Shown here piece by piece: positions 1 through 10,905 of a stretch of 64,000 nucleotides of DNA; position 1 is the first letter of the stretch; every line of letters starts with the position of its first letter. The DNA lies in NCBI GenBank assembly GCA_965279525.1, contig CBDIIB010000003.1, positions 448,001-512,000 of the forward strand, read 5' to 3'. The translations under genes and the position numbers were made by a program. This stretch comes from Tagaea sp. GTDB taxonomy: Bacteria; Pseudomonadota; Alphaproteobacteria; CACIAM-22H2. Under the pieces are notes generated by a model. That model saw only the letters and a program-made list of their open reading frames with translations, ran no database searches and was not told where the DNA came from.

Positions 1-425
1 TGGTCTTGCGACAAAGTCGGCGGAGTTCGAAGAGATCGTCGAGAAATCCCTTCGCGGCGCTGGCCTTTGGGACGAAGTGAAGGATCAGGCTCGATGATCC
101 GGGTACCGGACTCTCCGGCGGACAGCAGCAGCGGCTTTGCATCGCGCGCGCCATTGCCGTGTCGCCCGAAGTCATCCTGATGGACGAGCCGTGCTCGGCA
201 CTCGACCCGATCGCCACGGCGCATGTCGAGGAATTGATAGACGGGCTGAGGGCCGACTACACGATCGTCATCGTGACCCACAACATGCAGCAGGCAGCGC
301 GCGTGTCGCAGCGCACGGCCTTCTTCCATCTGGGCACGCTGGTCGAGGAAGACGATACCGCGACCATCTTCACCAATCCGCGCGACGAGCGCACGCAAGG
401 ATACATCACCGGCCGCTACGGCTGA
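1..425 (+). CDS. pstB: phosphate ABC transporter ATP-binding protein PstB (5'-truncated by window edge; apparent 1-nt frameshift at ~86)
   Basis: Frame 2 reads [17 protein letters not shown]; frame 3 continues [41 protein letters not shown]...YITGRYG; lies directly upstream of phoU. Confidence 0.93.
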
Positions 426-447
426 CCGGGACCGAGGAGAAGCCGAC

Positions 448-1170
448 ATGGCAAACGAACATATCGTCAGGTCCTATGACGAAGAACTGAAGCGGCTGAC
501 GAATCTGCTTGCGCGGATGGGCGGTCTTGTCGAGACGCAGATCGCGACGGCGATACAGGCGGTCATGCAGCGCGATGCCGACCTGGCTGCATCCGTCGTC
601 AGTGCCGACAATCGGGTCGACGACCTTGAACGGGAGATCGACGACCAGGTCCTGCGGGTCATGGCACTGCGCCAGCCGGTGGCGAGCGACCTTCGGCTCG
701 TGCTGGGCGCCTTGCGGATCGGTGCCGATCTCGAGCGTGCGGCCGACTATGCGAAAAACGTCGCGAAGCGCGCCAGCGTGCTTGCGCAGGTCCCGCCGCT
801 CCGGCCGGTCCACTCGATTCCCCGGATGGGCGCGATGGTTCGCGAGATGCTGAAGGACGTTCTGGACGCGTTTGCCGCCCAGGATGTCGTCAAGGCCGTA
901 TCCGTCTGGAACAGGGACGAGGAGCTCGACGAAATGTATTCGTCGCTCTTCCGGGAGTTGCTTACCTATATGATGGAAGATCCGCGCAATATTTCCGGAT
1001 CCACGCATCTTCTTTTCATTGCAAAGAACATCGAGCGGATCGGCGACCATACGACCAACATTGCCGAGACCATCCATTTTCTGGTGAAAGGCGTGCCGTT
1101 GCGCGAAGTGCGTCCGAAGGGCGACCTGTCGAGCTTTGCGGTCATGTCCGACGTCACCAAGACGACTTGA
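448..1170 (+). CDS. phoU: phosphate signalling protein PhoU
   Basis: [50 protein letters not shown] motifs; GAGGAG RBS. Confidence 0.96.
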   Translation: MANEHIVRSYDEELKRLTNLLARMGGLVETQIATAIQAVMQRDADLAASVVSADNRVDDLEREIDDQVLRVMALRQPVASDLRLVLGALRIGADLERAADYAKNVAKRASVLAQVPPLRPVHSIPRMGAMVREMLKDVLDAFAAQDVVKAVSVWNRDEELDEMYSSLFRELLTYMMEDPRNISGSTHLLFIAKNIERIGDHTTNIAETIHFLVKGVPLREVRPKGDLSSFAVMSDVTKTT

Positions 1171-1180
1171 GGAGGACGAT

Positions 1181-1876
1181 TTGAAACCACTTCTTCTGAT
1201 CGTCGAAGACGAGGCAGCGTTGGTCGAGCTGCTGCGGTACAATTTCGAAAAGGAAGGATTCCGAGTGTCGGTCGCGATGGATGGCGAGGCGGCACTCGTC
1301 TCTGTCGCCGAGGCGCGGCCGGATCTCATCGTTCTCGACTGGATGCTTCCGCACGTATCCGGGCTCGAGGTGTGCCGGCAGATACGGCGCAAGGCGGATA
1401 CGCGCGACGTCCCGATCATCATGCTGACCGCCCGTGGCGAAGAGAGCGATCGCATTCGCGGGCTGGAGGTCGGGGCCGACGACTATGTCGCGAAGCCGTT
1501 CAGCCCGTCCGAATTGATCGCGCGGGTCCGGGCGGTGCTGCGACGCTCGAAGCCGTCGACGGCGCAGGATCTGCTGACGTTCGGCGATCTCGTGATGGAT
1601 CTTTCCGCACATCGGGTCTTGCGTTCGGGTCGCCCGATACATCTGGGTCCGACCGAGTTCCGGCTGCTGCGCTTCCTGCTCGAGCGACCGGGCCGCGTGT
1701 ACAGCCGCGAGCAGCTTCTCGATGCGGTCTGGGGGCGGGACATCTATGTCGAGCCACGGACGGTCGATGTTCATATCCGGCGGCTTCGCAAGGCGATCAA
1801 TCTGCCCGGCGACTCGGATCTGATCCGCACCGTCCGTTCCGCCGGATACGCACTCGACGAAAGTGCGGATGCATAG
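1181..1876 (+). CDS. phoB: phosphate regulon response regulator PhoB
   Basis: Receiver domain (VLDWMLP, GADDYVAKPF) plus winged helix (LGPTEFRLL, RTVDVHIRRLRK); TTG start after GGAGGA. Confidence 0.95.
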   Translation: MKPLLLIVEDEAALVELLRYNFEKEGFRVSVAMDGEAALVSVAEARPDLIVLDWMLPHVSGLEVCRQIRRKADTRDVPIIMLTARGEESDRIRGLEVGADDYVAKPFSPSELIARVRAVLRRSKPSTAQDLLTFGDLVMDLSAHRVLRSGRPIHLGPTEFRLLRFLLERPGRVYSREQLLDAVWGRDIYVEPRTVDVHIRRLRKAINLPGDSDLIRTVRSAGYALDESADA

Positions 1877-1926
1877 ATCGGCCTGATTTGGGTGGCGCGA
1901 CAACGGCATCCGGATATGATGCCGGC

Positions 1927-3231
1927 ATGACGAAACCGCATCTTACGCCGAATCCTGAAAGACTTAGCGCAACGGCCCAGCGGGCGGCGATTTCCGCGGG
2001 CAAGCTCGATTCGTCGACGCTTGTCAGAGCCTGCCTCGAACGTATCGACGAGCGGGACAAGGACGTCCGCGCCTGGGCGCATGTCGAGCGCAAGGACAGT
2101 CGAGGCCGGGCCGGATCGCTCGACCGGCTGGCACAGACGCAACCGCTTCACGGGATTCCGGTCGGCATCAAGGATCTGATCGATACGGCCAACATGCCGA
2201 CGACATATGGTTCGCCGATCTATCGGGACAACCGCCCGAAGTCCGATGCGGCTTGCGTGAAGAAGCTGGTGGCCGCCGGCGCCGTCGTCCTCGGCAAGAC
2301 GGTGACCACCGAGTTCGCCTATTTCACGCCTGGCCCGACACATAACCCGCATCTTCGCGGTTACACGCCAGGTGGTTCATCGTCGGGATCGGCGGCGGCG
2401 GTCGCCGATTTCCAGGTGCCGATCGCACTTGGCACGCAAACCGCCGGCTCCGTGATCCGTCCGGCCGCCTTTTGCGGCGTGGTCGGGTACAAGGGAACCT
2501 ACGGGTGGGCGGACATGGCCGGCATCAAGCCGCTTTCTCCGGCACTCGATACGTTGGGCGTGTTCTGCCGTGCGGTGAGCGACATCGATCTTGTCCGCCG
2601 CGCGCTGGTCGGTCCGCCACCGGCCTCGAGATCGGCAGCCGGCGGCCAGAAGATACTGCGCATCGCGATCTGCCGTACGCCCTATTGGATCGAAGCGGAT
2701 GCCGATACGCGCACGATGTTCGAGCGGGTCGTCGAACGGCTGATCGGTGCGGGCGCGTTCGTGGGGGAGTTCGAGCCCGACGAAAGCTGGAACGCGCTCA
2801 ACGATGCCCAGCTTGCGATCATGATGCGCGAGGCAGCCAAGGCCCTGGCCCGCGAGCGGGAGGAGCATCCGAAGCTTCTGAGCGCCCGCCTCATGGAAAT
2901 GCTCGAAGACGGCGACAAGGTCGGCATTCGCGAGGAGACAGCCGCAAAGGCGCTGGCGACCAAGAGCCGCAACCGCCTGGCGCAGGTCTGGCGCGACTTC
3001 GACATGATCCTTGCCCCGGCGGCACCGGGTGCCGCCCCCCGCGGCCTCGAGCGGACGGGCGATCCGGTCTTCAACCGGATGTGGACACTTCTCGGCAATC
3101 CCTGCATCGCCCTTCCGGCAGGCAAGATCGGGAACGGCCTGCCGCTTGCCATCCAGCTTGTGGGACCGCACAACGAAGACAACGCACTTGTCGCAAATGC
3201 GGCGTGGGTCGAAGCACAACTTGCCGGATAG
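1927..3231 (+). CDS. amidase-signature family amidase
   Basis: PLHGIPVGIKD, TPGGSSSGSAAAVA, LGTQTAGSVIRPAAFCG. Confidence 0.9.
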   Translation: MTKPHLTPNPERLSATAQRAAISAGKLDSSTLVRACLERIDERDKDVRAWAHVERKDSRGRAGSLDRLAQTQPLHGIPVGIKDLIDTANMPTTYGSPIYRDNRPKSDAACVKKLVAAGAVVLGKTVTTEFAYFTPGPTHNPHLRGYTPGGSSSGSAAAVADFQVPIALGTQTAGSVIRPAAFCGVVGYKGTYGWADMAGIKPLSPALDTLGVFCRAVSDIDLVRRALVGPPPASRSAAGGQKILRIAICRTPYWIEADADTRTMFERVVERLIGAGAFVGEFEPDESWNALNDAQLAIMMREAAKALAREREEHPKLLSARLMEMLEDGDKVGIREETAAKALATKSRNRLAQVWRDFDMILAPAAPGAAPRGLERTGDPVFNRMWTLLGNPCIALPAGKIGNGLPLAIQLVGPHNEDNALVANAAWVEAQLAG

Positions 3232-3237
3232 GTTGGG

Positions 3238-3666
3238 TCAGGCGTTGACGGCCAGCGGCTGAGGCTTGCCTTCGTCGTCGAGGGCAACGAACGTGAAGCT
3301 TGCATCGGTAACGCGCACCCGGTCGCCATGGCCCTGGCGCAGGACCCAGACTTCGACTCCGAAGGTGATCGACGTGCGTCCGAGTTTGTGCAGGTCGGTG
3401 TAGCAGCAGACCGTGTCGCCGACCTTCACCGGCCGGTGGAAGACGATGTTCGAGACCGCGACCGTCGCGACGCGGCCATGCACGAATTTCGTGGCGCTCA
3501 TTTTCCCGGCAATGTCCATCAGCGACATGATCCATCCGCCGAATACGTCGCCGCGCGGATTGGTGTCTGCCGGCATCGCCAGTGTCCGCGAGGCAAGTTC
3601 GCCGCGCGGGCCGTCGGGCGGGCTGATGGCGGCAGCCGAGGATCGTTCCTGTGCGATGTAAGTCAT
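3238..3666 (-). CDS. hotdog-fold acyl-CoA thioesterase (YciA-like)
   Basis: AMPADTNPRGDVFGGWIMSLMD, PVKVGD, FTFVALD. Confidence 0.9.
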   Translation of the reverse strand: MTYIAQERSSAAAISPPDGPRGELASRTLAMPADTNPRGDVFGGWIMSLMDIAGKMSATKFVHGRVATVAVSNIVFHRPVKVGDTVCCYTDLHKLGRTSITFGVEVWVLRQGHGDRVRVTDASFTFVALDDEGKPQPLAVNA

Positions 3667-3738
3667 CCAATCTCCCTTCAGTGCGAGAAATCGGACGCAT
3701 CCTCCCGGAAGCGATACGACAGCAGATTAATCAGAAAA

Positions 3739-3809
3739 ATGCTGCAATGCAATATAAATCCATTTTAAACTCTAAATATATGAATTAAGTCAATTGTGCG
3801 ACGCACAAT
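3739..3809. promoter_or_regulatory. two TGC-N3-GCA palindromic operators (PhaR/AniA-like) upstream of the thioesterase
   Basis: ATGCTGCAATGCAATAT (3739-3755) and perfect palindrome ATTGTGCGACGCACAAT (3793-3809) in an AT-rich gap. Confidence 0.55.
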
Positions 3810-3815
3810 AAACAA

Positions 3816-4796
3816 TCAGGCCGTCGTCGGCTGCCGCAGATGGCACGCCACCATATGGCCGGGTGCCAGCTCCTTGATCGGCGGCTCCTCGACCCGGCAT
3901 CGCGCTTCGGCATAAGGGCAGCGTGTGTGGAAGCGGCAGCCGGGCGGCGGATTGATCGGCGACGGCACATCGCCCGTCAGGATGATCCGCTTCTTCTTGA
4001 GGCGCGGGTTGGGTTGGGGGGCCGCCGACAGCAGGGCCTCCGTGTACGGGTGCTGCGGACGCGCGAATATGGTCCGCCGGTCGGCGATCTCGACGATCTT
4101 CCCGAGATACATGACGGCCACGCGGTGGCTGATGTGCTCGACGACCGCCAGGTCGTGCGCCACGAACAGAAATGAAACGCCGAATTCGGCCTGAAGATCC
4201 GTCAGCAGGTTGATCACCTGCGCCTGGACCGAGACGTCGAGAGCCGAAACCGGCTCGTCGGCGACGATCAGCTTCGGGCGGACGGCAAGGGCCCGCGCGA
4301 TGCCCAGGCGCTGGCGCTGCCCGCCGGAAAACTCGTGCGGATACTTCGACATCTGCTCGGGCCGCAATCCGACCTTCTCGAACAGCCAGGCAACGCGTTC
4401 GCGTGCCTCGGCACCCGTCGCGATGCCGAAATTGGTGAGGGGTTCGGCGACGATATCGCCTGCCGACAGGCGCGGGCTCAACGAGGAGTAAGGATCCTGG
4501 AACACGACCTGAAGATCGCGCCGGTGTTGCCACATCGCGGCCCGGCTGAGGGAATCGATCCGCTTGCCCATCAGGCGGACGGTTCCGGACGTCGGATCGA
4601 TCAGCTTCAGGATCGCCTTGCCGGCGGTCGATTTGCCGCATCCCGACTCGCCGACCAGGCCGAGCGTCTCCCCGGCATCGACGTGGAAGGTGATGCCGTC
4701 GACGGCATGGACGGTCGCGGAAGCCCGCCCGAACATCCCGCCGCGGATGGGGAAGTACTTCTTAAGATCGACGACCTGGAGCAGGGGAGCGGTCAT
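3816..4796 (-). CDS. oligopeptide/dipeptide ABC transporter ATP-binding protein (OppF/DppF-like)
   Basis: [27 protein letters not shown]-terminal GCRFHTRCP...VACH. Confidence 0.93.
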   Translation of the reverse strand: MTAPLLQVVDLKKYFPIRGGMFGRASATVHAVDGITFHVDAGETLGLVGESGCGKSTAGKAILKLIDPTSGTVRLMGKRIDSLSRAAMWQHRRDLQVVFQDPYSSLSPRLSAGDIVAEPLTNFGIATGAEARERVAWLFEKVGLRPEQMSKYPHEFSGGQRQRLGIARALAVRPKLIVADEPVSALDVSVQAQVINLLTDLQAEFGVSFLFVAHDLAVVEHISHRVAVMYLGKIVEIADRRTIFARPQHPYTEALLSAAPQPNPRLKKKRIILTGDVPSPINPPPGCRFHTRCPYAEARCRVEEPPIKELAPGHMVACHLRQPTTA

Positions 4797-5800
4797 CGCG
4801 GCGGCTCCGGCAGGTGCTCGCTTTGCCAGCAGGCGGCAAAATGCCCGGGAACCTTCTGCTCGAGGGGCGGGACCGTCTGGCGGCATATTGGCTGGACGTA
4901 GGTGCACCGCTCGGCGAACGCGCAGCCGGAAATGGGCTGGGTCAGGCGCGGTACGATCCCCGGAATCTCGATCAGGCGGGGACGCGCACCCTCCGCGTCT
5001 TCGCCGCCGAGGCGCGGGATCGAACCCATGAGACCCAGCGTGTAGGGATGTCGCGGGCGGTCGAAGAGCGCCTCGACCGTCGCTTCCTCGACCTTCCGGC
5101 CGGCGTACATGACCACGACGCGCTGTGCCGTCTCCGCGACGACGCCAAGGTCGTGCGTGATCAGCACGATCGCGGCGCCGATCTTGCGTTTGAGTTCCAG
5201 CATCAGGTCGAGGATCTGGGCCTGGATCGTCACGTCGAGTGCGGTCGTCGGCTCGTCGGCGATGAGGAGCTTGGGGTTGCAGGCCAGCGCCATCGCGATC
5301 ATCACGCGCTGGCGCATCCCGCCGGAAAGCTGGTGGGGATATTCGCCGGCCCGTCGGGCGGCCTCGGGGATCTTCACGAGCTCGAGCATCTCGACCGCAC
5401 GCGCCTGTGCCGTGTCGCCCGACAGCCCTTGATGCAGCTCCAGCGTCTCGGCGATCTGCTTGCCGACGGTGAGAACCGGATTGAGGCTCGTCATCGGCTC
5501 CTGGAAGATCATCGATATCTCGTTGCCGCGGATGCGGCGCATCTCCTCTTCGCTTGCCGCAAGCAGGTCGCGTCCTTCAAAGCGGATGGAACCGGAGACG
5601 ATGCGCGCAGGCGGCGACGGCAGCAGCCGCAGGATCGACATCGCGGTGACGGATTTCCCGCAGCCGCTTTCGCCGACGACGGCCAGAGTCTCGCCGGCCC
5701 GCACCGAATAGGACACGCCGTCGACTGCACGCACGACCCCGTCGCTCGTGAAGAAGTAGGTGCACAGGTTCTCGATTTCGAGCAGGGCGGGTTCGGCCAT
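4793..5800 (-). CDS. oligopeptide/dipeptide ABC transporter ATP-binding protein (OppD/DppD-like)
   Basis: [40 protein letters not shown]. Confidence 0.93.
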   Translation of the reverse strand: MAEPALLEIENLCTYFFTSDGVVRAVDGVSYSVRAGETLAVVGESGCGKSVTAMSILRLLPSPPARIVSGSIRFEGRDLLAASEEEMRRIRGNEISMIFQEPMTSLNPVLTVGKQIAETLELHQGLSGDTAQARAVEMLELVKIPEAARRAGEYPHQLSGGMRQRVMIAMALACNPKLLIADEPTTALDVTIQAQILDLMLELKRKIGAAIVLITHDLGVVAETAQRVVVMYAGRKVEEATVEALFDRPRHPYTLGLMGSIPRLGGEDAEGARPRLIEIPGIVPRLTQPISGCAFAERCTYVQPICRQTVPPLEQKVPGHFAACWQSEHLPEPPR

Positions 5801-5808
5801 GACGCTGC

Positions 5809-6684
5809 TCACATCTGCCGGGCGAGGCGCGGATCGAGCGCGTCGCGCAGTCCGTCGCCGAGAAGGTTGATCGCCAGGACCGTCAGGGAAAGGAAGGCCG
5901 CCGGTATGAGGATCAGCTGCGGGCGGACCTGGAAGATCGCGCGCCCTTCCGCGATGATGTTCCCCCAGGTCGGGATCGACGGCGGCAGGCCGGCGCCGAT
6001 GAACGACAGGATAGCCTCGGTGATGATCGCCGAAGCGCAGATATAGGTCGCCTGCACGACGATCGGCGCGATCGTGTTCGGCAGGATGTGGCGCACGAGG
6101 ATGCGCGTCGTCGACGTGCCGGTCGCGATCGCGGCCTCGACGAAAGGCTGTTCGCGAAGACCCAGCACCACGCCCCGGACAAGTCGCGTCACGCGCGGCA
6201 CTTCCGCGATCGCGATGGCCATGATGACGTTCTCGAGGCTTGCCTTCGTCAGCGCCATGAGTGCGATGGCCAGAAGGACCGACGGGATCGACATCAGGCC
6301 GTCCATCACGCGCATGAGGATCGCGTCGACCCACCGGTTGAAGCCGGAGACGAGACCGAAGAACAGGCCGGACAGGACGGCCGATGCCGCCACCGCGAAG
6401 CCGACGAACAGCGAAGCGCGCGATCCGTAGATGACCCGGCTGTAGACGTCGCGGCCGAGCGCGTCGGTTCCGAACCAGAACTGGTCCGATGGCGGCCGCA
6501 GCCGGCGGATCGGCGACAGCGCCGAGGGGTCGACGGTCCCGAGCCAGGGGGCGAGGATGGCGATGCCGACCATCACGGCGATCAGGCCTCCGCCGATCAC
6601 GATCGACAGATTGCGCCGCCACCAGGCACGGCGGCGACCCTGCATCTGCGCGTCTGTCGCGGGAGCAACGAGTGTAAGCGCCAT
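5809..6684 (-). CDS. peptide ABC transporter permease (OppC/DppC-like)
   Basis: [20 protein letters not shown] loop, [13 protein letters not shown]. Confidence 0.93.
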   Translation of the reverse strand: MALTLVAPATDAQMQGRRRAWWRRNLSIVIGGGLIAVMVGIAILAPWLGTVDPSALSPIRRLRPPSDQFWFGTDALGRDVYSRVIYGSRASLFVGFAVAASAVLSGLFFGLVSGFNRWVDAILMRVMDGLMSIPSVLLAIALMALTKASLENVIMAIAIAEVPRVTRLVRGVVLGLREQPFVEAAIATGTSTTRILVRHILPNTIAPIVVQATYICASAIITEAILSFIGAGLPPSIPTWGNIIAEGRAIFQVRPQLILIPAAFLSLTVLAINLLGDGLRDALDPRLARQM

Positions 6685-6691
6685 TGCGTCC

Positions 6692-7633
6692 TCAGTACCG
6701 GATGCGGGGATCGAACAGCGAGTAGCTGAGGTCGACCAGCAGGTTGATCAGGACATAGACGAACGAGAACATCAGGATGACACCCTGGATGATCGGGTAG
6801 TCGCGCCGCAGGATCGCGTCGACCGTCATGCGCCCGAGGCCGGGGATCGCGAACACGCTTTCGGTGACGACGACGCCGCCGATCAGAAGCGCCACGCCGA
6901 TGCCGACGACCGTCACGATCGGGACCGCGGCGTTCTTCAGCGCATGCCGCAGCAGGACCTTCTCCGATCCGAGGCCCTTGGCGTTGGCGGTGCGGATGTA
7001 ATCCTGGCTCAGAACGTCGAGCATCGCGGCGCGCGTCATGCGCGCGATCAGGGCGATGTAGATCGTGCCCAGTGCCAGCGACGGCAGGATGAGCTGGCGC
7101 AGGAACGGCCAGAACCCCTCACGGATCGACACGAATCCCTGGACGGGCAGCCATTCCAGTTCCAGCGAGAACAGGAAGATCAGGACGTAGCCAAGAACGA
7201 AGACGGGGACCGAAAAGCCGAGCACGGCGAACATCATCACGAGCCGGTCGAGCCAGCCGCCGGCCCGCGCCGCGGCGAGCACGCCCAGCGGGACGGCGAC
7301 CGAAACCGAAAGCACGATCGTCGTGATGGACAGCGAGATCGTGGCTTCCAGTCGCTGGCCGATGAGTGTGGAGACGGGAAGGCTGGAGAAGATCGACGTG
7401 CCGAGATCCCCCTGGAGGATCGCGAACAGCCAGGTCGAGAAGCGCACGAGAAACGGCTCGTTGAGGCCGAGCTGCTGGCGGATCTTCTCGATGTCTTCGA
7501 CCGTCGCCAGATCGCCGGCGATGACCGCCGCCGGATCGCCCGGCGAGAAATACAGGAGCGAAAAAACGAATATGGCCACCACCCCCATGACGGGGATGGT
7601 GGCCAGAATGCGTCGGACGATATAGGCGAACAC
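6692..7633 (-). CDS. peptide ABC transporter permease (OppB/DppB-like)
   Basis: SPGDPAA, DYIRTANAKGL, DLSYSLFDPRIRY. Confidence 0.93.
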   Translation of the reverse strand: MFAYIVRRILATIPVMGVVAIFVFSLLYFSPGDPAAVIAGDLATVEDIEKIRQQLGLNEPFLVRFSTWLFAILQGDLGTSIFSSLPVSTLIGQRLEATISLSITTIVLSVSVAVPLGVLAAARAGGWLDRLVMMFAVLGFSVPVFVLGYVLIFLFSLELEWLPVQGFVSIREGFWPFLRQLILPSLALGTIYIALIARMTRAAMLDVLSQDYIRTANAKGLGSEKVLLRHALKNAAVPIVTVVGIGVALLIGGVVVTESVFAIPGLGRMTVDAILRRDYPIIQGVILMFSFVYVLINLLVDLSYSLFDPRIRY

Positions 7634-7668
7634 GCGTGCAGATCCGTTCTATATCGTCCGTCTTGCCG

Positions 7669-9255
7669 TCAGCGCTTGTCGACGTTCCAGAAGAAAGGAA
7701 CCGGCGAGACGATGATGCCCGTGACGTTCTTGCGGAAGGCGGTCGGCTGCTGGAACTGCCCGGTGGTCACGTAGGGCACTTCCTTGAACGCGACGTCCTG
7801 CATCTGCCGTGCGACGGCTACTTGGTCAGCAGCAGTCGTTGCGGCGAGCCACTTGTCGCGCAATGCCTCAAGCTCCGGCATCGTCGGCCAGCCGGGCCAT
7901 GCGGCAGCACCGTGGCCGCGCAGCGGTGCGTGCAGCGCCGGGTTCACGATATCGGGCCCGACCCACCAGGTGTGGAAGATCGACCAGCCGCCCTGCTCGG
8001 GGGCGTTGCGGCTCGCGCGGCGCGCGAGAACCGAACCCCAGTCCGTTGCCACGAGTTCGACATTCATCCCCAGCCGCTTCAGCAGGTCCTCGGTGACGAG
8101 GCTCTGCACGTGGTTGGTCGGGATGTCGGTCGGCGAGATGATGACGATCTTCTCGCCCTTGTAGCTCGACTCCTTCAGGATCGCCTTGGCGCGATCGAGA
8201 TTGCCGCCTGCCGCCGCGGAGCCGACGTCGCTCGCCAGCGGCGTGCCGCAGGTGAAGAACGACTTGCACTCCTTGTAGTATTGCTTGTCGCCGGCGATGG
8301 CCTGCAGGTAGTCCGCCTGATTGACGGCCATCTGCACCGCCTGGCGCACCTTCGCGTCGGTGAAGGGCGGGTGCAGGTGATTGAAGCGCAGCATGGCGAT
8401 CGAGCCCATCGGATCGATCTGCTCGAGCGTGATGTCGCGATTGCGCGCGAGCGAGGGCATCAGGTCGAACAGGGGCTGTTCGAGCCAGTCGACTTCGCCT
8501 TGCGCAAGTGCGGCCGCGGCGACCGCCCCGTCGGGGATGATGCGCCATTCGACGCGGTCGACCTTCACGACCTTGCCGCCGGCGGCCCACGAAGGCGGCT
8601 CGCTGCGCGGCTTATAGTCGGCGAAACGCTCGTACACGGCGCGCTGGCCGGGCACCCACTGGTCGCGGATGAAGCGGAACGGGCCGGACCCGGTCGCGTC
8701 CTGGATCGGCGTTGCCGGATCGGTGTTGGCGATCCGCTCCGGCATCATGAACGGCACCTGGCTCGACAGCTTGCCGAGCGCGTCGATCATCAGCGGGAAG
8801 GGCTTGGTGAGGCGAATCGCGAAGGTCAGCTCGTTGACCACGTCGTAGCCGGCGACCGCGGCAGCCAGCGTCTGGCCGAAGCTGTCGCGCGCCGACCAGC
8901 GGCGGACCGAGGCGGCGGCATCGGCGCCGCGCACAGGCGTGCCGTCGTGCCACTTCATGCCGTCACGCAGCGTGAACTCCCAGCGCAACCCGTCCGGGCT
9001 GGTCGACCATTTGTCGACCATCTGCGGCTGGATCTTGAAGTTCGCATCGGTCGCGAACAGCGTGTCGTAGACGAGGTAGCCGTGATTGCGCACGACATAG
9101 CCGGTCGTCGCGATCGGATCGATTGCGGGCAGGTTCGAGTGCGGGATGAAGCGCAGCACTTTCTGCTGGGCGCTTGCTTCGCCTGCGAAGCCGAGCCCGG
9201 CGGCGAAAGCCGCCAGCGCGGTCGCGGCCGCAAGCCGACTGAATGCATTTTTCAT
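7669..9255 (-). CDS. peptide ABC transporter substrate-binding protein (family 5)
   Basis: Signal peptide MKNAFSRLAAATALAAF...ASA; VYDTLF, FTLRDGMKWHDG, GSGPFRF. Confidence 0.92.
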   Translation of the reverse strand: MKNAFSRLAAATALAAFAAGLGFAGEASAQQKVLRFIPHSNLPAIDPIATTGYVVRNHGYLVYDTLFATDANFKIQPQMVDKWSTSPDGLRWEFTLRDGMKWHDGTPVRGADAAASVRRWSARDSFGQTLAAAVAGYDVVNELTFAIRLTKPFPLMIDALGKLSSQVPFMMPERIANTDPATPIQDATGSGPFRFIRDQWVPGQRAVYERFADYKPRSEPPSWAAGGKVVKVDRVEWRIIPDGAVAAAALAQGEVDWLEQPLFDLMPSLARNRDITLEQIDPMGSIAMLRFNHLHPPFTDAKVRQAVQMAVNQADYLQAIAGDKQYYKECKSFFTCGTPLASDVGSAAAGGNLDRAKAILKESSYKGEKIVIISPTDIPTNHVQSLVTEDLLKRLGMNVELVATDWGSVLARRASRNAPEQGGWSIFHTWWVGPDIVNPALHAPLRGHGAAAWPGWPTMPELEALRDKWLAATTAADQVAVARQMQDVAFKEVPYVTTGQFQQPTAFRKNVTGIIVSPVPFFWNVDKR

Positions 9256-9310
9256 GTTTCTTGTCCTCCGGTGTCGCTTCGTTCGTCGTGCGATACGAAT
9301 GGCGGTTATG

Positions 9311-9326
9311 TGCCAAAAGCATGCCA
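9311..9326 (-). promoter_or_regulatory. possible sigma54 (-24/-12) promoter of the peptide ABC operon
   Basis: Minus strand TGGCATGCTTTTGGCA: GG-N10-GC spacing, one deviation from TTGC. Confidence 0.45.
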
Positions 9327-9341
9327 CATACGGCGTGCGCG

Positions 9342-10841
9342 TCAAACCACTTGAACGTTAACCGGCGAAAACGGGCCCGGATCGAGGGGGTATATAGGGC
9401 GGGCGAGGCGGTGATAGACGAGTTTGGAATTGTCCGACGTCGTCACGCCTTCACCATCGAGCGTAAAGGTTGCGCGGGCGAGCGGCGCAAAGCCTGCCCG
9501 GTAGTGGATACGGGATTTGAGGAGCAGGAACCGCTGGCGCGTCGGATCGATGCCGTTTGCGGTGAATATTCCCGTATCCCAGGGTTCGTGGTGACGCGAG
9601 ACGACGACAATCCGCATCCGGCCGGTGTCGAGGACGGCAGTTGGCCCTGTATTGACCATCACGCCTGTGTACATGGGCCCCTCGACCCGCCATTTGCCGT
9701 CGGCAAGGTTGCGGACCGTCCCGCTGATTCGCAGGGGCTTGGCCGGCAACCCGATCGACGGCATGTCGCACTTGCCGCCCAATTCCAGCGTGACGCGCGC
9801 ACCCAGACCGGCGGCCTGCATCGCCGCGACCGCAGCCGGGTCCCAGACCGTGGCGACCGCGACGTCGTCGAGCTCCTGGCGCAGGACCTCGGCAATTGCC
9901 GTCATGACGTCCGACGTGCCGCCTGAACCGACATTGTCGGCGTGGTCGAGAAGCACGATGGGTGCCGCGTTGATCTCCTTCGCGCGCGCGACCGTCGCCG
10001 CGATCGGCGCATGGACATGCGTGAACTGGTCGCGGGCTTTCCAGGTCGCATCGAGCAGATCTTGCGTTGCCGCGACTGCGGCCTCCTGATCGCCGTCGGC
10101 TACGACAATCGCCGAATTGCCGGCAATTGGAATGTCCGCCATCGGGAAACCGCCGAACACCGTCGCGCACAGGATGGTGGGCCGGGCTTCCATCTGGCCC
10201 GCCATGACCTGCAATTCCTTCATCGGCGTGTCGGCGGTGCCCTGCCGCAGCGTCTGCGACAGCAGGGGCAGGCGGCCCCACGCCATGACGGGGCGGCATT
10301 TCCCGTCGATCGCGTCGATGACGACTTTCCCGACCCGCTCGGCGACATCGTACATGTCGACATGCGGATAGGTCTTGTAGCCGATCATCGCCGTGCAGTT
10401 CGCCACCATCTCGGCCGAAAGGTTGGCATGTAGATCGTACGTGACGGCGATGGGCAGACCCGGGCGGATCGCGCGAATGCGCGCCAGCAGCGTCCCTTCG
10501 CCGTCGTCGGCATGCTCGCAGACCATCGCCCCATGCAGGTCGAGCAGGGCGCCGTCGCAGCCGTCGGCGATTGCAGCAAGGATCGGGGCGACGAGGTGCT
10601 CGTAGGCTTCCTTCGTGACAGGGCCTCCCGGCATCGCTTCGGCGGCAACGGGTGTGACGATCTCGGCGCCGCGCGCGCGTGCGAGCTTCATGTAGGCCGC
10701 AAGCGGCATCGACGTGTTTTCGTACGCGGTGACGACGTCCGCGCCGAAATGCAGTCCCCATTGCGCGAAGCGCTCCACGTCGGTCACGACCGGCGAGAAG
10801 GTGTTGGTTTCGTGCTTGAGCATGGCGAGGACGAGGCGCAT
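9342..10841 (-). CDS. MlrC-family (M81) metallopeptidase
   Basis: KHETNTFS, LDLHGAM, DLHAN, YKTYPHVD, DHADNVGSGG. Confidence 0.9.
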   Translation of the reverse strand: MRLVLAMLKHETNTFSPVVTDVERFAQWGLHFGADVVTAYENTSMPLAAYMKLARARGAEIVTPVAAEAMPGGPVTKEAYEHLVAPILAAIADGCDGALLDLHGAMVCEHADDGEGTLLARIRAIRPGLPIAVTYDLHANLSAEMVANCTAMIGYKTYPHVDMYDVAERVGKVVIDAIDGKCRPVMAWGRLPLLSQTLRQGTADTPMKELQVMAGQMEARPTILCATVFGGFPMADIPIAGNSAIVVADGDQEAAVAATQDLLDATWKARDQFTHVHAPIAATVARAKEINAAPIVLLDHADNVGSGGTSDVMTAIAEVLRQELDDVAVATVWDPAAVAAMQAAGLGARVTLELGGKCDMPSIGLPAKPLRISGTVRNLADGKWRVEGPMYTGVMVNTGPTAVLDTGRMRIVVVSRHHEPWDTGIFTANGIDPTRQRFLLLKSRIHYRAGFAPLARATFTLDGEGVTTSDNSKLVYHRLARPIYPLDPGPFSPVNVQVV

Positions 10842-10905
10842 CGTGCGGGCTCTTTCGGAATCGGCGATGGACGTGCGAGCATAGCGTCCCCGTCCGGAGT
10901 CACAA

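Noticed and set aside
9342-10841. Microcystin degradation cluster
   Set aside because: MlrC-family proteins are widespread; no mlrA, mlrB or mlrD nearby.
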